A DNA stretch of 64,000 nucleotides from Dysidea avara. Taxonomy: Eukaryota. The translations under genes were made by a program, and so were the position numbers. Of the stretch, positions 1 through 11,330 are shown piece by piece. The notes under the pieces are model-generated. The model searched no databases. It was not told the DNA's origin and saw only the letters and a program-made list of their open reading frames with translations. Within the stretch, counting starts at the first letter, position 1. Every line of letters starts with the position of its first letter. Location: NCBI RefSeq assembly GCF_963678975.1, contig NC_089281.1, forward strand, positions 27,729,151-27,793,150, given 5' to 3'.

Positions 1-1182
1 TATTACAATAAAATAAATATTCAATGCTCTTGCTTCACCAATGTGGTTACATATATATACAATCTGACGAATATCATAATCCTTTATTAAAATATACTCT
101 ATATATTTGTTGATTGTATTTCTTCCTAATTTCTTGTTGAAGTAAAGACTCCAATTGATTAAACCTCAGTGAGCTAGTGATAATATACAAGATGATATGT
201 GACATATGTCATTATATCCCACAGTTTAAAAAGCTATGCTGGGTTATAAATACCATACAGCTAGACAGAGCCACTGAAACTGGTTATAACAACTACAAAT
301 GGCATTGTTATCACTTGGAAACATTACACAGTTCTGCTACAACTGCAATAAAAAATACTCAAATCTTTACCCACCAATGCTATAATAATGTGATGGTTTA
401 AATGTCAAGAAATAGTTTGTGTTGATGTTTGGTCTGTATGGTGTAGAGTCAACTTCTTCCTATAATCTTGGGTTCCGTTGTTCTTTCATCTTGAGCAATT
501 CTTGCTTAGACCTTGCATGCCATGATATGCCACTTCAGCTACCCCAACCAAAGGCAAACACACTTGCAATCGGATACCACTACTTTGTAAAATCGACTGC
601 TAATTAATAGCTTGCATAGTGTCTCTAGTAACTACGAAGTTAAATCTCCACCTAATTTGACTGAAAGTGTGCGTACTATACAAAAGGCTTAGTCTGTGGC
701 AAAAATTGGTCCAGCCTCAATACCCAGGTTTTGCAGTGAGTATAGCAACCATCCAGGCAACCAATTGCAAAAAAAATGCACTCGGTAAGATGATATAGAT
801 ACCAGAGTACTGCATTATATCGAGATACCTTAATAGAGCAGTCAATGATTCTATAGAAAAGTCACATATTCTATTCCTAAATGTGTGGAAGAAATGATTA
901 TAATTTATAAATGATTATCACTAGTAGCTAAAGCTGGCTACTTGATTTGTCTATTTATTTGTTGTATAGACTAGCTATATGCATGCCACGCCTGGTGATT
1001 TATTTGTTTATTGTACTGGACAGCCAGCAAATCACTGTACGAGTTGAATAATCTTATCTGTGACTCTAATCTATAGATAAAAAAGTATGACTGAATATTT
1101 TATCGCCAAACAAGAGAACTGTAAATGTTGAGGGCAACCCTATATGAGGTCATTGCATTAACATGCATGCAGTGGTGCAGGT

Positions 1183-1870
1183 GAATTGTTACTAGAGGTG
1201 TACCGATATAAGAAAACTAAACCGATCCGATACCGATACGATATGGATTAATCATTTTGAAACCGATACGATACCGATACGATATACCGATATAACTAAG
1301 TGTAGCTATTTATATTTGAGGAACCACGTATACCATGTTTAACTTTACTTTAGCTACTGAAGAAACTACTGAAGACAGTCTTAAGATTATTGGCTATGCT
1401 TGGTTACCCATGGTGGTGTGGCCTCTATTGACAGCTCAGACTATAAGGCACCCACAAATATAATAATATTATAATACATGCCCCTGCCAAGATTAGTCTG
1501 GATTACTCCGCATTTTAATGGCTTGTAGAGATGGCTGGTTGTTTTATGCTGTGCTCTTGGTTCATCTTATTGCTGTTTCCCCAGGCCCACCACTATGAGC
1601 GTTTGTTGTATGATTGGCAAGCTTTGTGACAACAAAACAGTAATTATCTATGCACTTAGATGGCTTCATGGAGCGTACTATTTTTGGACAAGGAAGATAA
1701 CTGCTGTTTCCCGCCCTTGTTAGCTAAATAATAGGGTTCTCAAGATAGTTCAGTTGTATATCGGTGTATCGTATCGGTTTTTAGCAGCAATATCGGCTCC
1801 CACTGATATAGTAGAAATGTTCATATCGGCCACCGATACGATATGTATCGGTATATCGGTACACCTCTAA
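1183..1870. mobile_element. MITE-like non-autonomous DNA transposon (about 690 bp) with imperfect terminal inverted repeats and subterminal CCGATACGATA repeats
   Basis: Left end gttactagaggtgtaccgatata matches the reverse complement of right end tatatcggtacacctctaattgttac. Both ends carry clustered ccgatacgata and ccgatatcg subterminal repeats. No ORF. Confidence 0.5.
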
Positions 1871-2179
1871 TTGTTACTACAAATTACACTCCTGTTTAAC
1901 AATAGAGTGCTGCATACGGCTTTATGAATTGATATCAGTTGCCACTCGCCCAGAATATTATCACAAGTAGGTAGCTATTTCCAGGTAGCCCATGGTTGAA
2001 GCCTTGTGTAAGCATTGAAAAAAAATCATGTTTTAAAATGGAAATGCATTTTGCAGTCAGGCAGAGTTGGGGAAGTTACCTTTTCAAAGTAATATATTAC
2101 ATATTACATAATACTTTCTACACAATGAAATATATTACAGTTACATATTACTTAAAATAAAATGTAACTTAATAATATC

Positions 2180-2740
2180 AAACGGTACTACCGTTTAAGT
2201 AGGGATCGTGGTGAATGTTTCGCGCGCCGCCAAATTTTCCGCCTTTAAAAATCATCCTAGAGATATCTTACGAGACGAAAGCCACCTTTACGGAATAGTA
2301 CTAGTACATAAAACAGCATTAAATACAACGAAACACTTACAGGTGGCCGGATATAAAATTTTTAAAAATCGCCAAAATCTCCAAATTTAGTACAACTGCC
2401 TCACTGCCTCACTCACTGACCACATTCGCAAGCCTAGAGCCCAAACGAAGCAGCGCACGGTCACCATTTTACGCTACAACAACAAGCTCACCAGTGGGAT
2501 ATGCCTTTTGGGGTTCCGACGAGTGTACGCCCTGTGCGCCTTGTCTTTTCTTTTATCTTCAATCAGGCTGCTTGTCTTCTTCTTCATCCAACAAAACCAT
2601 ATCGAGGCGTTAATTTTCCATATCAACACTTTCTTAAGCAGCATAATAGACGCCACAAAATTATTTAAGGTGCTTAGAATACGCTACTGTAGCTACGGAG
2701 GTACCAGTACTCCACGATAGGCCACAAGATCACGCCCATT
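2180..2740 (+). repeat. Dispersed repeat family copy 1 (about 550 bp), CpG-rich, homologous to 19150-19710
   Basis: About 75% identity to 19150-19710, for example ctcactgaccacattcgcaagcctagagcccaaacgaagcagcgcacgg versus cctgaccacagtcgcaaggctagaggccaaacaaagcagcatatagcc. ORFs 2208-2390, 2474-2656 and 2508-2720 lie inside it and are judged spurious. Confidence 0.55.
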
Positions 2741-2799
2741 CTTTATTCTACGTATATCAATCTATGGATCGAGACCATGCCCCTTTTACGCTAGCTGTG

Positions 2800-2957
2800 T
2801 GCTTGTCCAAAAAGGGCTCGGAAAAAGGGTGTGTTCATTGTGGTTTCGATCGATTATTAAACTAGAGTATCTTGAATCAGCCTACTAACTTGAAGGTGTG
2901 TGGTCAAAACCACGATGAACACACCCTTTTTCGAGCCCTTTTGGACAAGCACACATC
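2800..2957. repeat. Perfect-arm hairpin or foldback insertion (arms about 45 bp) inside repeat copy 1
   Basis: gcttgtccaaaaagggctcggaaaaagggtgtgttcattgtggttt at 2803-2848 is the reverse complement of aaaccacgatgaacacaccctttttcgagcccttttggacaagcac at 2910-2955. It is absent from the paralogous copy at 19.7 kb. It is flanked by agctagctgt(g/a)tgctt direct repeats. Confidence 0.5.
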
Positions 2958-3109
2958 TTTTGCAAGCTGACTCGAGATACTCTAATACAGCAGTCACCCT
3001 AATAGAACAGTCACACGTTTATAGCTAGCTGTATGCTTTAACAAAAAACTAAACAAACTAGTATATTAAAAATTTTGATGAAGTAGGGATTCAAGCAATA
3101 AAAAGTAGT

Positions 3110-3300
3110 GAAACAAGAGATGAACAATGGTAATTATTACAGCATAGCTCAGTGGGAAATCCCTACTTTGGCATGGTATAACAATTATTTTGTGCTCATT
3201 ACCAAAGTAGGGATTTCCCACTGAGCTATGCTGTAATAACTACCATTGTTTATCTCTTGTTTCACTACTTTTTATCGCTTGGATCCCTACTTCATTTTTA
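3110..3300. repeat. Foldback element (GTAGTGAAACAAG / GTAGGGAT family)
   Basis: Near-perfect inverted repeat centred about 3185 (gaagtagggattcaagc...aaagtagtgaaacaag // cttgtttcactacttttt...ggatccctacttc). Same family as 19880-20095 and 63820-63920. Confidence 0.6.
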
Positions 3301-5980
3301 AATTCAAAATTTTTAATATACTATTACATATTAAGTTACTTGTGAAATGCTTAATATTATTATCTGTAAATATTAAAGTTACTGAATGCAAGTAACTTCA
3401 CGTACTTTAATATTATGAATTAAATTAACACTTCAGCATATATGCATGCAAATCACATGTTTTCACACAGACGGTGGGCATTAATAGCAATGGTCTATGT
3501 GGTCAGTCCAATGGACCGGGCCACATCCTTTAATATAGGTGAAAGGTTAATGGATTGAGGTAATGGATCACTGAGTAGTTTAATGGATAGTAAATAGCAG
3601 TATAAAAGCCATTTGTAATGCATTACTGACTCATTGTTGCTCATAGTATTACTCGTTACATCACGCTGATCGCTACTCGTTACGTAATATTATTACTTTG
3701 TTTGTTACTAGTAACGAGTTAATAGTTTCTAAAAGTAACTTAAGTTATATTACTTGTATTTCGCAATGTAACACGTTATATTACTTCAACTCGCAAATTG
3801 TAATATATATTATGTAACGCGTTACCCCATCTCTACAGTCAGGCTGACTACAAACTGCATTCAGCAGGTACTTTTAGCTAGTACAGCATTAGCTATAGAA
3901 TCCCAACCAATTTGGTCTGGCCAAACCATGTATTTTGGTATCCAAAAATGGTCCAGTTTGGATGACCTGGGCAGACCAAATTTCGGACTGTCCAGTCATG
4001 GTTGCCAGAAAAGGCTCAGTTGGACTGATTTTTCCTGGACCATTTTCCATGACATTGCACATACTCAAACAGGGACTTTGTCTAATATCCGTAAACTCCT
4101 GCTCACTATAGGATATAAAATACACCATAGATATATCCCATATATTTGGATGGTATTGTTGCTATTACACTACCTTGGTCTCGTGTAATAACAACAAAAT
4201 CATCCTTATATAATTACTATGTTATATACACCATACTAAGGTGGAGGGTGGCACCCCCAATACCTGGTATTTAAATTAAGGGTCAGTTATAACATCTTAC
4301 AGTGTGTAAAGAGCTGAGCCAAACAGGATTGGAAGATTTTAGGCGAGCGATTATTGCACAAGTCATGCAATAAGTGCAATATGAAGATTAAAACACAATT
4401 ACTACATGCATAGAGACATTTTTGTTAAAAAGTGAACCAAATGACATGGTCAGTAAAAGAAAGTATGACATGTCTCCACTATGAGACTCAGAATGGATGT
4501 AGACATCAATAGTATTATCATGTTATAACAATGCAGAATGTAATATATTGCCTTCATGATAATACTGCCTTGTGTGGCAGACACATGATAAAGTGACATT
4601 TGCAGTTTATACTACTGAGCCATAACAGGTTAAAAGGATGTCCACCCTCCTCTACCTGCACTTACCATTGCTGAGGGAACAAGGAACAAGCTACTGGCAC
4701 TGTGATCATCATACTACAATAACACAAAGAATACACAACATATACATGCAAAGTATTTTACTAAATGCTTACAATGTTCCTGATAGTAGTACTTGAGTAC
4801 AAACTAAGAAGAATTGTCCTCGCTACAAAAGATCAGTTGAGACTTGTGAGCCAGAACACTGAACTCACCTTAAAGAATGGCCTTTTCTCTAATACCTCCA
4901 TTAGAATAGGTACTACCACTGCAGATGATACCTTGTCAGTCACGGCTATTTGTTAACTTATTCACTTACACATTACTGGTCCATATAAACATATTCTAGA
5001 CAATAACACCTGACTGATTCCTTTAGCAGCAGCAATCTGTGACGCAATGAACACATCATTGCTTGTGTAATCATTTGACCCACCCTTGATTTGCCCAGAA
5101 CATTTCCATCTTTGTCAGTCACTACTATCCCATCAATTAGTTCCCTGTGTGTTTAATACAATACACAAGTGTGTTTCGTATATTCACATCCACAATGACA
5201 CAATTAGAAGCATTTTAATCATTACAGTCAATCATACAATGCAATGCTATGAGTTTACAGTTTACGAGTCATTCTAACGTGTTTCGTATAGATAACATGA
5301 TTGAGTGGGATATGAATGAAACAAATGTACAATTCCCAAGAGAACCAAGCATGTCTATATATGGGCAGCTACACAAACAATTATGTGCTAATGATAAGGA
5401 GAGATGACAGTATCTATCAATGAGACATTCGGTATTGAAGTGGAATTGACATGCAAGACACATCACCTGACATGAGGTGCAGAATGTGCACATGTCTGCT
5501 AAAAGATAAGGTGAGACCGATGACTAATGCTGAGATAAAAGTATGCAATAACAAATCTAAGGCTCTAAAAATTAAAAGTGCTATTTACTGCTAAGCTCAG
5601 CGTATTTGTATTAAAGTCACATATGTGCATAAGTGTGGCCAGTACATCAGTTACGGTGCAGTGATTCTGATCTGCCTGCATATCGTGGTATATACACTGG
5701 AACCCCTCAAAAGGGACACACTAAAATGTATGCACCTTGATAATAGTGACACAATGATACCGGAACCAGCCTTATTTTTGATGGTATAGGACTTGTATCA
5801 GTAAGAATACAAACACCCAACACCAAACAATTTTTTTAATCATGTCAATCAATTTTCAATGTGGCAACACACATAATGAGTCAAACAGTGTTGAATGAGA
5901 GCACACAAGTGGTATGGTTACTAGAACAGTGGAAGGCAACTGATTAGTATCAGTCCATCACTACTTGATAATTAGGACAC

Positions 5981-6017
5981 TTGTCCATGGTCCTCCTGTG
6001 TGCATACAACTGGATCC
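5981..6017 (-). CDS. SFXN: Sideroflexin-like gene, candidate short exon (DPVVCTQEDHGQ). Low confidence; 3' exons of the gene not resolved
   Basis: Acceptor tgatttcag|G and donor CAA|gtgtcc. Weak similarity to SFXN GIPVTDENGNRLG. Downstream exons could not be identified. Confidence 0.25.
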
Positions 6018-6258
6018 CTGAAATCAGGACCTCAGACTAAAATAACAGTCCCAAAATCTCTAGAAAAAAGGGGGCTCTATTATACTCCCTTTCTTTGCCA
6101 CCCAGTGTAATTTGTGATTGACTGTTAATAGAAACATAGTACACCAAAACTTGTAACTTTATAGTAGCTAGCCTATGTATGTGTAGTTTATCAGATAATC
6201 TTAATTATGCATGTGTGTATTCAGATTACGCATATAACCAATTTGAAAAGCTACATAC

Positions 6259-6344
6259 CTTTGTCTCATGGTGGGGATGTTGACACTATTGGCTGCGATC
6301 ATTCCTCCAAATGGCACAAACCTCTTCAACAATGATGGTGCTGT
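6259..6344 (-). CDS. SFXN: Sideroflexin-like exon (TAPSLLKRFVPFGGMIAANSVNIPTMRQ)
   Basis: Matches sideroflexin [31 protein letters not shown]. Acceptor ctgtgcag|ACA, donor AG|gtatgt. Confidence 0.6.
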
Positions 6345-6584
6345 CTGCACAGGATAAAATAAATGTTAAAAATACATTGGATATATAGTGGACCCTGAGT
6401 TATCCTCCAATTATTCTGAGATTATGATGGCAAAAATGCCTGGACAAGTAGTAAAATTCTCCGCAAACTCACTTTACATAGTTGACAAAATATTCTTAGT
6501 CTAGACAGTCAGTTAAAAAAAAAAAAAAAAAAAAAACTAGACAAGGGCTTTGAGAACAGAGGGTCCACTGTACTAGTTGCTCAC

Positions 6585-6660
6585 TGCTAGTAATGAGTTT
6601 AACAAAACTGATGCAAACGTTGCCCCACTTGCAGCACCAACAAAAGCAGTTGCCACTTGC
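6585..6660 (-). CDS. SFXN: Sideroflexin-like exon (QVATAFVGAASGATFASVLLNSLLA)
   Basis: Matches SFXN GTAYVSATTGAVATALGLNALT. A 43-nt intron (gttggt...tgcag) lies upstream and a GTGAGC donor lies downstream. Phases are consistent with neighbouring exons. Confidence 0.6.
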
Positions 6661-6703
6661 CTGCATGTACGTCATGACACAAACATGCTTTACATGAACC
6701 AAC

Positions 6704-6802
6704 CATTTTTTGATTTGTGATCTGGCATTTCTGTTTGTATAATTGATGTTAGCACCAAATGTCTGAGCAGCAAACTGCATAGCAATTAATTGTGGCAGTG
6801 TC
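6704..6802 (-). CDS. SFXN: Sideroflexin-like exon (TLPQLIAMQFAAQTFGANINYTNRNARSQIKK)
   Basis: Matches SFXN [27 protein letters not shown]. Acceptor ttgttttgctag|G lies after a 49-nt intron. Confidence 0.65.
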
Positions 6803-6851
6803 CTAGCAAAACAACACTACATTATTCCATCATATTATGTCACTAATTTAC

Positions 6852-7022
6852 TTGTAGAATGTTAGAAGACCTCCGGTTACTAACATCCCACAAGGTACCT
6901 GTGCACACATACGCCCTGGTATATTCATTTCAGCTCCATTGTCAGGGTGGAAGGTGGAGTCATATATTACATGTGCCCTAACGATTTCCTCTTTAGTCAA
7001 GTGAGCCAACGGTCTTCCTTCC
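6852..7022 (-). CDS. SFXN: Sideroflexin-like exon (EGRPLAHLTKEEIVRAHVIYDSTFHPDNGAEMNIPGRMCAQVPCGMLVTGGLLTFY)
   Basis: Strong match to the SFXN core [50 protein letters not shown]. A 57-nt intron lies upstream, with donor AA|gtaaat. Confidence 0.7.
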
Positions 7023-7079
7023 CTTTGATACACCCACAAAGGAGGATGGAACTAGCTTAGTCACAAGATATAAACTCAC

Positions 7080-7225
7080 TGATAGGTGGTGACAGTGTTC
7101 TTTGCTTTGTTCAGTGTATTGTTAGTAGAGAACACGAGACGAGGGTCGGTCACGCGAGCATAGTAGTTTAGCCTACCAATGAAGGTTGACTGGTCCCATG
7201 GCAACACACCCACGTGTTCCACCAT
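7080..7225 (-). CDS. SFXN: Sideroflexin-like first coding exon ([48 protein letters not shown])
   Basis: ATG in aaaATGG context at 7225-7223. Matches the SFXN N-terminus [35 protein letters not shown]. Donor CA|gtgagt. Confidence 0.65.
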
Positions 7226-7299
7226 TTTTTACTGTACACACGAGATCGGTGTAACCTAACGTTATAGTATATTAAAAGTCTTACCAGTAAATCGATTTC

Positions 7300-7450
7300 T
7301 AGCTGAATTTGTGACTGTTCATTGCCGACCATTCCACGAGTGGACACTGTATTTTTCGCGCAGGCGCTCACCGATGAGGAAATTACAGTCTCGTGCCACA
7401 CTGGGCCCGCGCTAATATCGATCACCCGACTAACACTAACGTACAATTAC
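7300..7450 (-). promoter_or_regulatory. CpG-rich island-like segment upstream of the sideroflexin start; putative promoter or 5' UTR
   Basis: A local cluster of CpG (cgcgcaggcgctcaccgatg, cccgcgctaatatcgatcacccgac) in otherwise CpG-poor DNA, 80-220 bp upstream of the ATG on the minus strand. Confidence 0.35.
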
Positions 7451-7556
7451 AATACAAATTACAAAGTGGGAGTTGTTAACTGATTCATAGCCGGTTAGAT
7501 AGATTAAGCGGACACTCACAGCTAATACATAGACTGTTCCATTGAGGGGCTGTTTC

Positions 7557-7579
7557 GGGGGGGGGGGGGGGGGGGGGGG
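7557..7579. repeat. Poly-G homopolymer (23 nt)
   Basis: Uninterrupted G run. Located about 330 bp upstream of the sideroflexin ATG and about 100 bp beyond the CpG-rich segment. Confidence 0.8.
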
Positions 7580-8659
7580 TGGCTAGCTACCCACTATGTA
7601 TGGCCATAGATATACTAACCCCAGGTACGGTTAGTATATCTATGGTATGGCCTTGCAGCCACTCAGCGGACTCCTTTCGTAACAAATTATTTGCATACTT
7701 TGTCAACTAAATCCCTGGGTGTATCCATTCACTGGACTGGATTATTGGACTGGACTAGCAACTGGATTCACATAAATTTGCTCAAGTACTTTTTTCACAG
7801 AACTATACTAAAAGTGATTACATAAAGTAGTGTACCATGCACACATACATGGAGGGCTCTCCATGTCTTGCATATTAGAGGCACTTAGTTATCTACTAAA
7901 TGGCACGACTTCATAATTAACTGTTTGAACTCTTGTTATACACTTTTGATGTAGTTAAATTTTTCAAATACGTGCAGCTCTAAGTAATACTTTCCTGTTT
8001 GAAAGCGTGTGCACTGATGGGGAAGTGTTTCTCTTGGTTAACTGCTGTAATACTTCACTTGTTGCTATTTACAAGTATTATAGACCAAAGAGCAGTGCAG
8101 ACTACTGAAAGGCTATGGGCAATGCTATAATCATTTCTTGTTACATAACATAGGCATAGCTAAATGCATTGCGTAAAACTTGTCAATGTGCACTGTTTTA
8201 CAAAAGAAGGCTAGGGAAGACAGACAGATGCATTAGTAGTATTATAACAGTGAGCACATGCAGTGCTTGTATCATTGCTAGCAGCAGGCAGATTTTTTTG
8301 ACAACAAACTACACTGAGGCTTTAGTGCAATTTTTTGTGAGGAATGTGCAGGTTTTATGTCTCATGGTGAATGGTGTCAATTTCTAAAACACTTTTGCAG
8401 TTAAATCTGCATGGCTATAAAGGGCGAGTCCAGTAGTCCAGTCCAGTGAATGGATATACTCCTAGGGCTGTGACATAATGCGACAGCATCAAACTTGCTA
8501 AATTTTTACAGTTGGCTATTCAATAGCAAGTATAGTGAAAAACATCAGGAAATATTAAGGTAATTAATGTTTATTTATTAATTTATTTTGTAAAATGTAT
8601 GCAGCTTGGCTTGATTTCTTCTAAGCTCTAAAAAGGTTGGCCAGGTGTAACCTTTTTTT

Positions 8660-9780
8660 TTTTTTTACTGTGAAAACTTCACAAACAGAAGAATATACAC
8701 AGATATAATATAATAAATAATGTTAGCTATTGATTGCAAAATAATAGTTACATAGCAGAGATTTGAATATGTCAGTGTTTTCCGCTTCAAAGATGTAGCG
8801 AGGTAGTTTGTTCCATTGCCTTGATGTTGATGGTGTGAAGGAGTACTTGTAGGTGTCAGTGTTACAAAATGGTTCAATGAGTCTGAACATATGGCATGAT
8901 CTGGTCTGTACCTGGTATTGTGATGTCTGCAGATGAAACTCGGGTATGTATTCAGGTGGTAAATAGACATTTTGTTTAAGAATGTTGTATAGCATAGTTA
9001 AGGAGAGCTGTTCTCTTCGAGACTCTAGTGATTCCCACTTAAGTTCGTTAACCATCTGTGTTACACTGGCATGATAGGAGTATATACCTTTGACATATCA
9101 TACAGCACGCCTCTGAACCTTTTCTAAAGCGATCTTGTCGGTTGTTAAATGAGGCTGTAGTTGCATATTCAAGTTTAGGGCGTACTAGGCTAAGGTAGGC
9201 TCTCTCTCTAAGGTGAATAGATGATGTCCTCAAGTTACGCTTTAGCAGACCAAGCATCTGATTTGCTTTGGAGGTGATAGATTGAATATGTAGGTGCCAC
9301 TTCAGATCACTCTGAATAATGATGCCTAAATATTTGTAATGTTCAACAGGTGAGAGGAGATGATTGTGTAGTCTGTAGGGAGTAATGATTTTATTTCTTC
9401 TAGGATGTAAAACAGTCATGGTAAAGCACTTTGATACATTTGGTCTCGTCAGCCATCTCTGCTGCCATTCTTGTAATGCACATAAATCTTCTTGTAACCT
9501 CTCAGCATCTTCAGGGGTACGGATAGCCTTATATATTATACAGTCATCAGCGAAAAGTTTAATAGAACTACGTAAAATGGATTCCGGTAGATCATTGAGA
9601 AAAGAGTAGGGCCAAGGACTGTGCCTTGAGGGACACCAGATAGTACTGGGCATCTGGGAGATGAAATACCATTGTTGTAACACTAGCTGTTCTGCTAAAG
9701 TTGTTATGCACAAACAATGCAGTGACGTTAAACCATTTCAACTCTGTTTATACTTCCAAACTGATATTGGCACTAGACAA
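8660..9780 (-). mobile_element. CR1/L2-like LINE fragment, C-terminal half of the RT plus conserved 3' ORF2 tail; pseudogene with frameshifts
   Basis: ORFs 9048-9713 (LFADDCIIY, LQEDLCALQEWQQRWLTRPNVSKC, KANQMLGLLKRNL, LSLVRPKLEYA) and 8723-9055 (LKWESLESRREQLSLTMLYNILKQNVYLP...YKYSFTPSTSRQWNKLP). The SGVPQGTVLGP motif is visible only in a shifted frame around 9620-9660. Confidence 0.7.
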
Positions 9781-10639
9781 TTGAAGCATATTCAAGTATG
9801 GGATGGATATGTCATTTAACAAGCTGACTTGACAGATGGTTGGCTTCTTTGCAAGAAGGTTCTGGTGGAATTGGCTTTGTAGGTTATCTTGTTGATGTGT
9901 TCATATCATGAGAAGATTACTATAGTAACTCTGAGATATTTGGCACTATTGTTTTGTTGAATAACTGATTCACAAATTGAATATCATGATGGGAGAGGAG
10001 ATGTCTTACGGGTGACAGTACATTTGGAAGGGTTAGGAAATTTCAATTACCAAGCCTCAGATTCCATAATGTGCAAGCTTTAAAAACAGACACTGATGCG
10101 CTACCTTATCAAAAGCTGTGGAGAAATGTAATAAAATAACATCGATTCAGTTGTGCCCCAGAGTCTATATGCCATGAGAATTCTTCAACAGTGGTGAGGA
10201 ATTGACTATCACATGAGTGATATTTTTTAACTCATGTTGGTTGCTGCAGAGAATTTTTTTTACAAGGTATGGTAAATACAGAAGGCATCAAGGCCTATGG
10301 GGTACCACCTACAAACACAGGTACAGAAAAAAAAAGAAACAGTTACAAGAACAAAAATACACAATACAAAAGCAAATGCACAACACACAAAATTACACAA
10401 GACTAAGAAAACTATACAACAGCTACCTAAAGAGGCATGACGGGAAGTAGATAAAATGTTACAAGGGATACAATTCCAAAAAATGATACTATTTACAAAA
10501 ATAAATACCTATATACCTATACTAGTTTATAGATGACTGTTTACATAAAATAGAGAGTGAATGTTACCTTGTTGCAGCAGTAGACAAAGTAAAATGATCA
10601 TTAAGAGACAAGGAGATATGTTGATGGAGCATATCATAT

Positions 10640-11330
10640 ACAATTGTCAAACACAGATATTTACAGTGGGTTGACAGTGTAGCCAATGCAACTCATTACA
10701 GCATTCTTCTGCAGAGTATGTTGTGAATTGAAAGATGCTTAAATATGTGGCTATATAAAGGACATGTTCAAATATCTTACAAGGGATACATGTTAGTGAG
10801 ATAGGGCAGTAGTTAGATGGACATGTATGGTCACTTTTCTTAAAGACTGAGGTAACCAGAGCCTTTTTCCAATCTGAAGGAACTTTGTACTGTTTAAGGA
10901 AGCTTGGTACAATATTGGAAACATTATCTTTTAGCAGTTTCATCTGGGCCACAGGATTTTTTGCACATCTAGAGTATACATACAGTGCTCCCTCAATTAT
11001 CCAAACTGACAAGTATAAATGAATGCTCTATTACAGTATTTTTGTCTAAGATGTATGTTCTATTAAAATATTTGAACGACGCTTTGTATATAAAATGAAT
11101 GGGCTTGATTATCCAAACCTTTTGTTAGTATCTGAACATGTCTTGGTCCCAAGGGGGTTGAATAATCAAGGGAGCACTGTAGTAAGGAGGCAATTCCATT
11201 AACTGTAACATTTATAGGGTCTAGGGAAAGGTACGAAGAACCATGTGAGCTTGGTAAATGTTTTTTCCTGTGGGGCATGTGATTAGTGAGCAGATCTAAG
11301 CTATTATCTCTCCTACAGATCACATACAAC
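10640..11330 (-). mobile_element. LINE fragment carrying the N-terminal RT motifs. Probably the same CR1/L2-like copy as 8660-9780, split by an insertion
   Basis: ORF 10647-11012 reads LLKDNVSNIVPSFLKQYKVPSDWKKALVTSVFKKSDHTCPSNYCPISLTCIPCKIFEHVL, the typical motif 0-1 of a non-LTR RT. It has the same orientation and order as the downstream fragment. An A-rich low-complexity segment at 10300-10430 lies between them. Confidence 0.55.

Noticed and set aside
2208-2720. ORFs 2208-2390 (plus), 2474-2656 (minus) and 2508-2720 (plus) as genes
   Set aside because: They lie inside a dispersed repeat with a paralog at 19150-19710 that carries equivalent ORFs (19236-19541, 19309-19563). They have no start context or splice support, and the overlapping ORFs on both strands are typical of repeat artefacts.
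9385-9609. Plus-strand ORF 9385-9609
   Set aside because: It is antisense to the LINE RT pseudogene and has no independent support.
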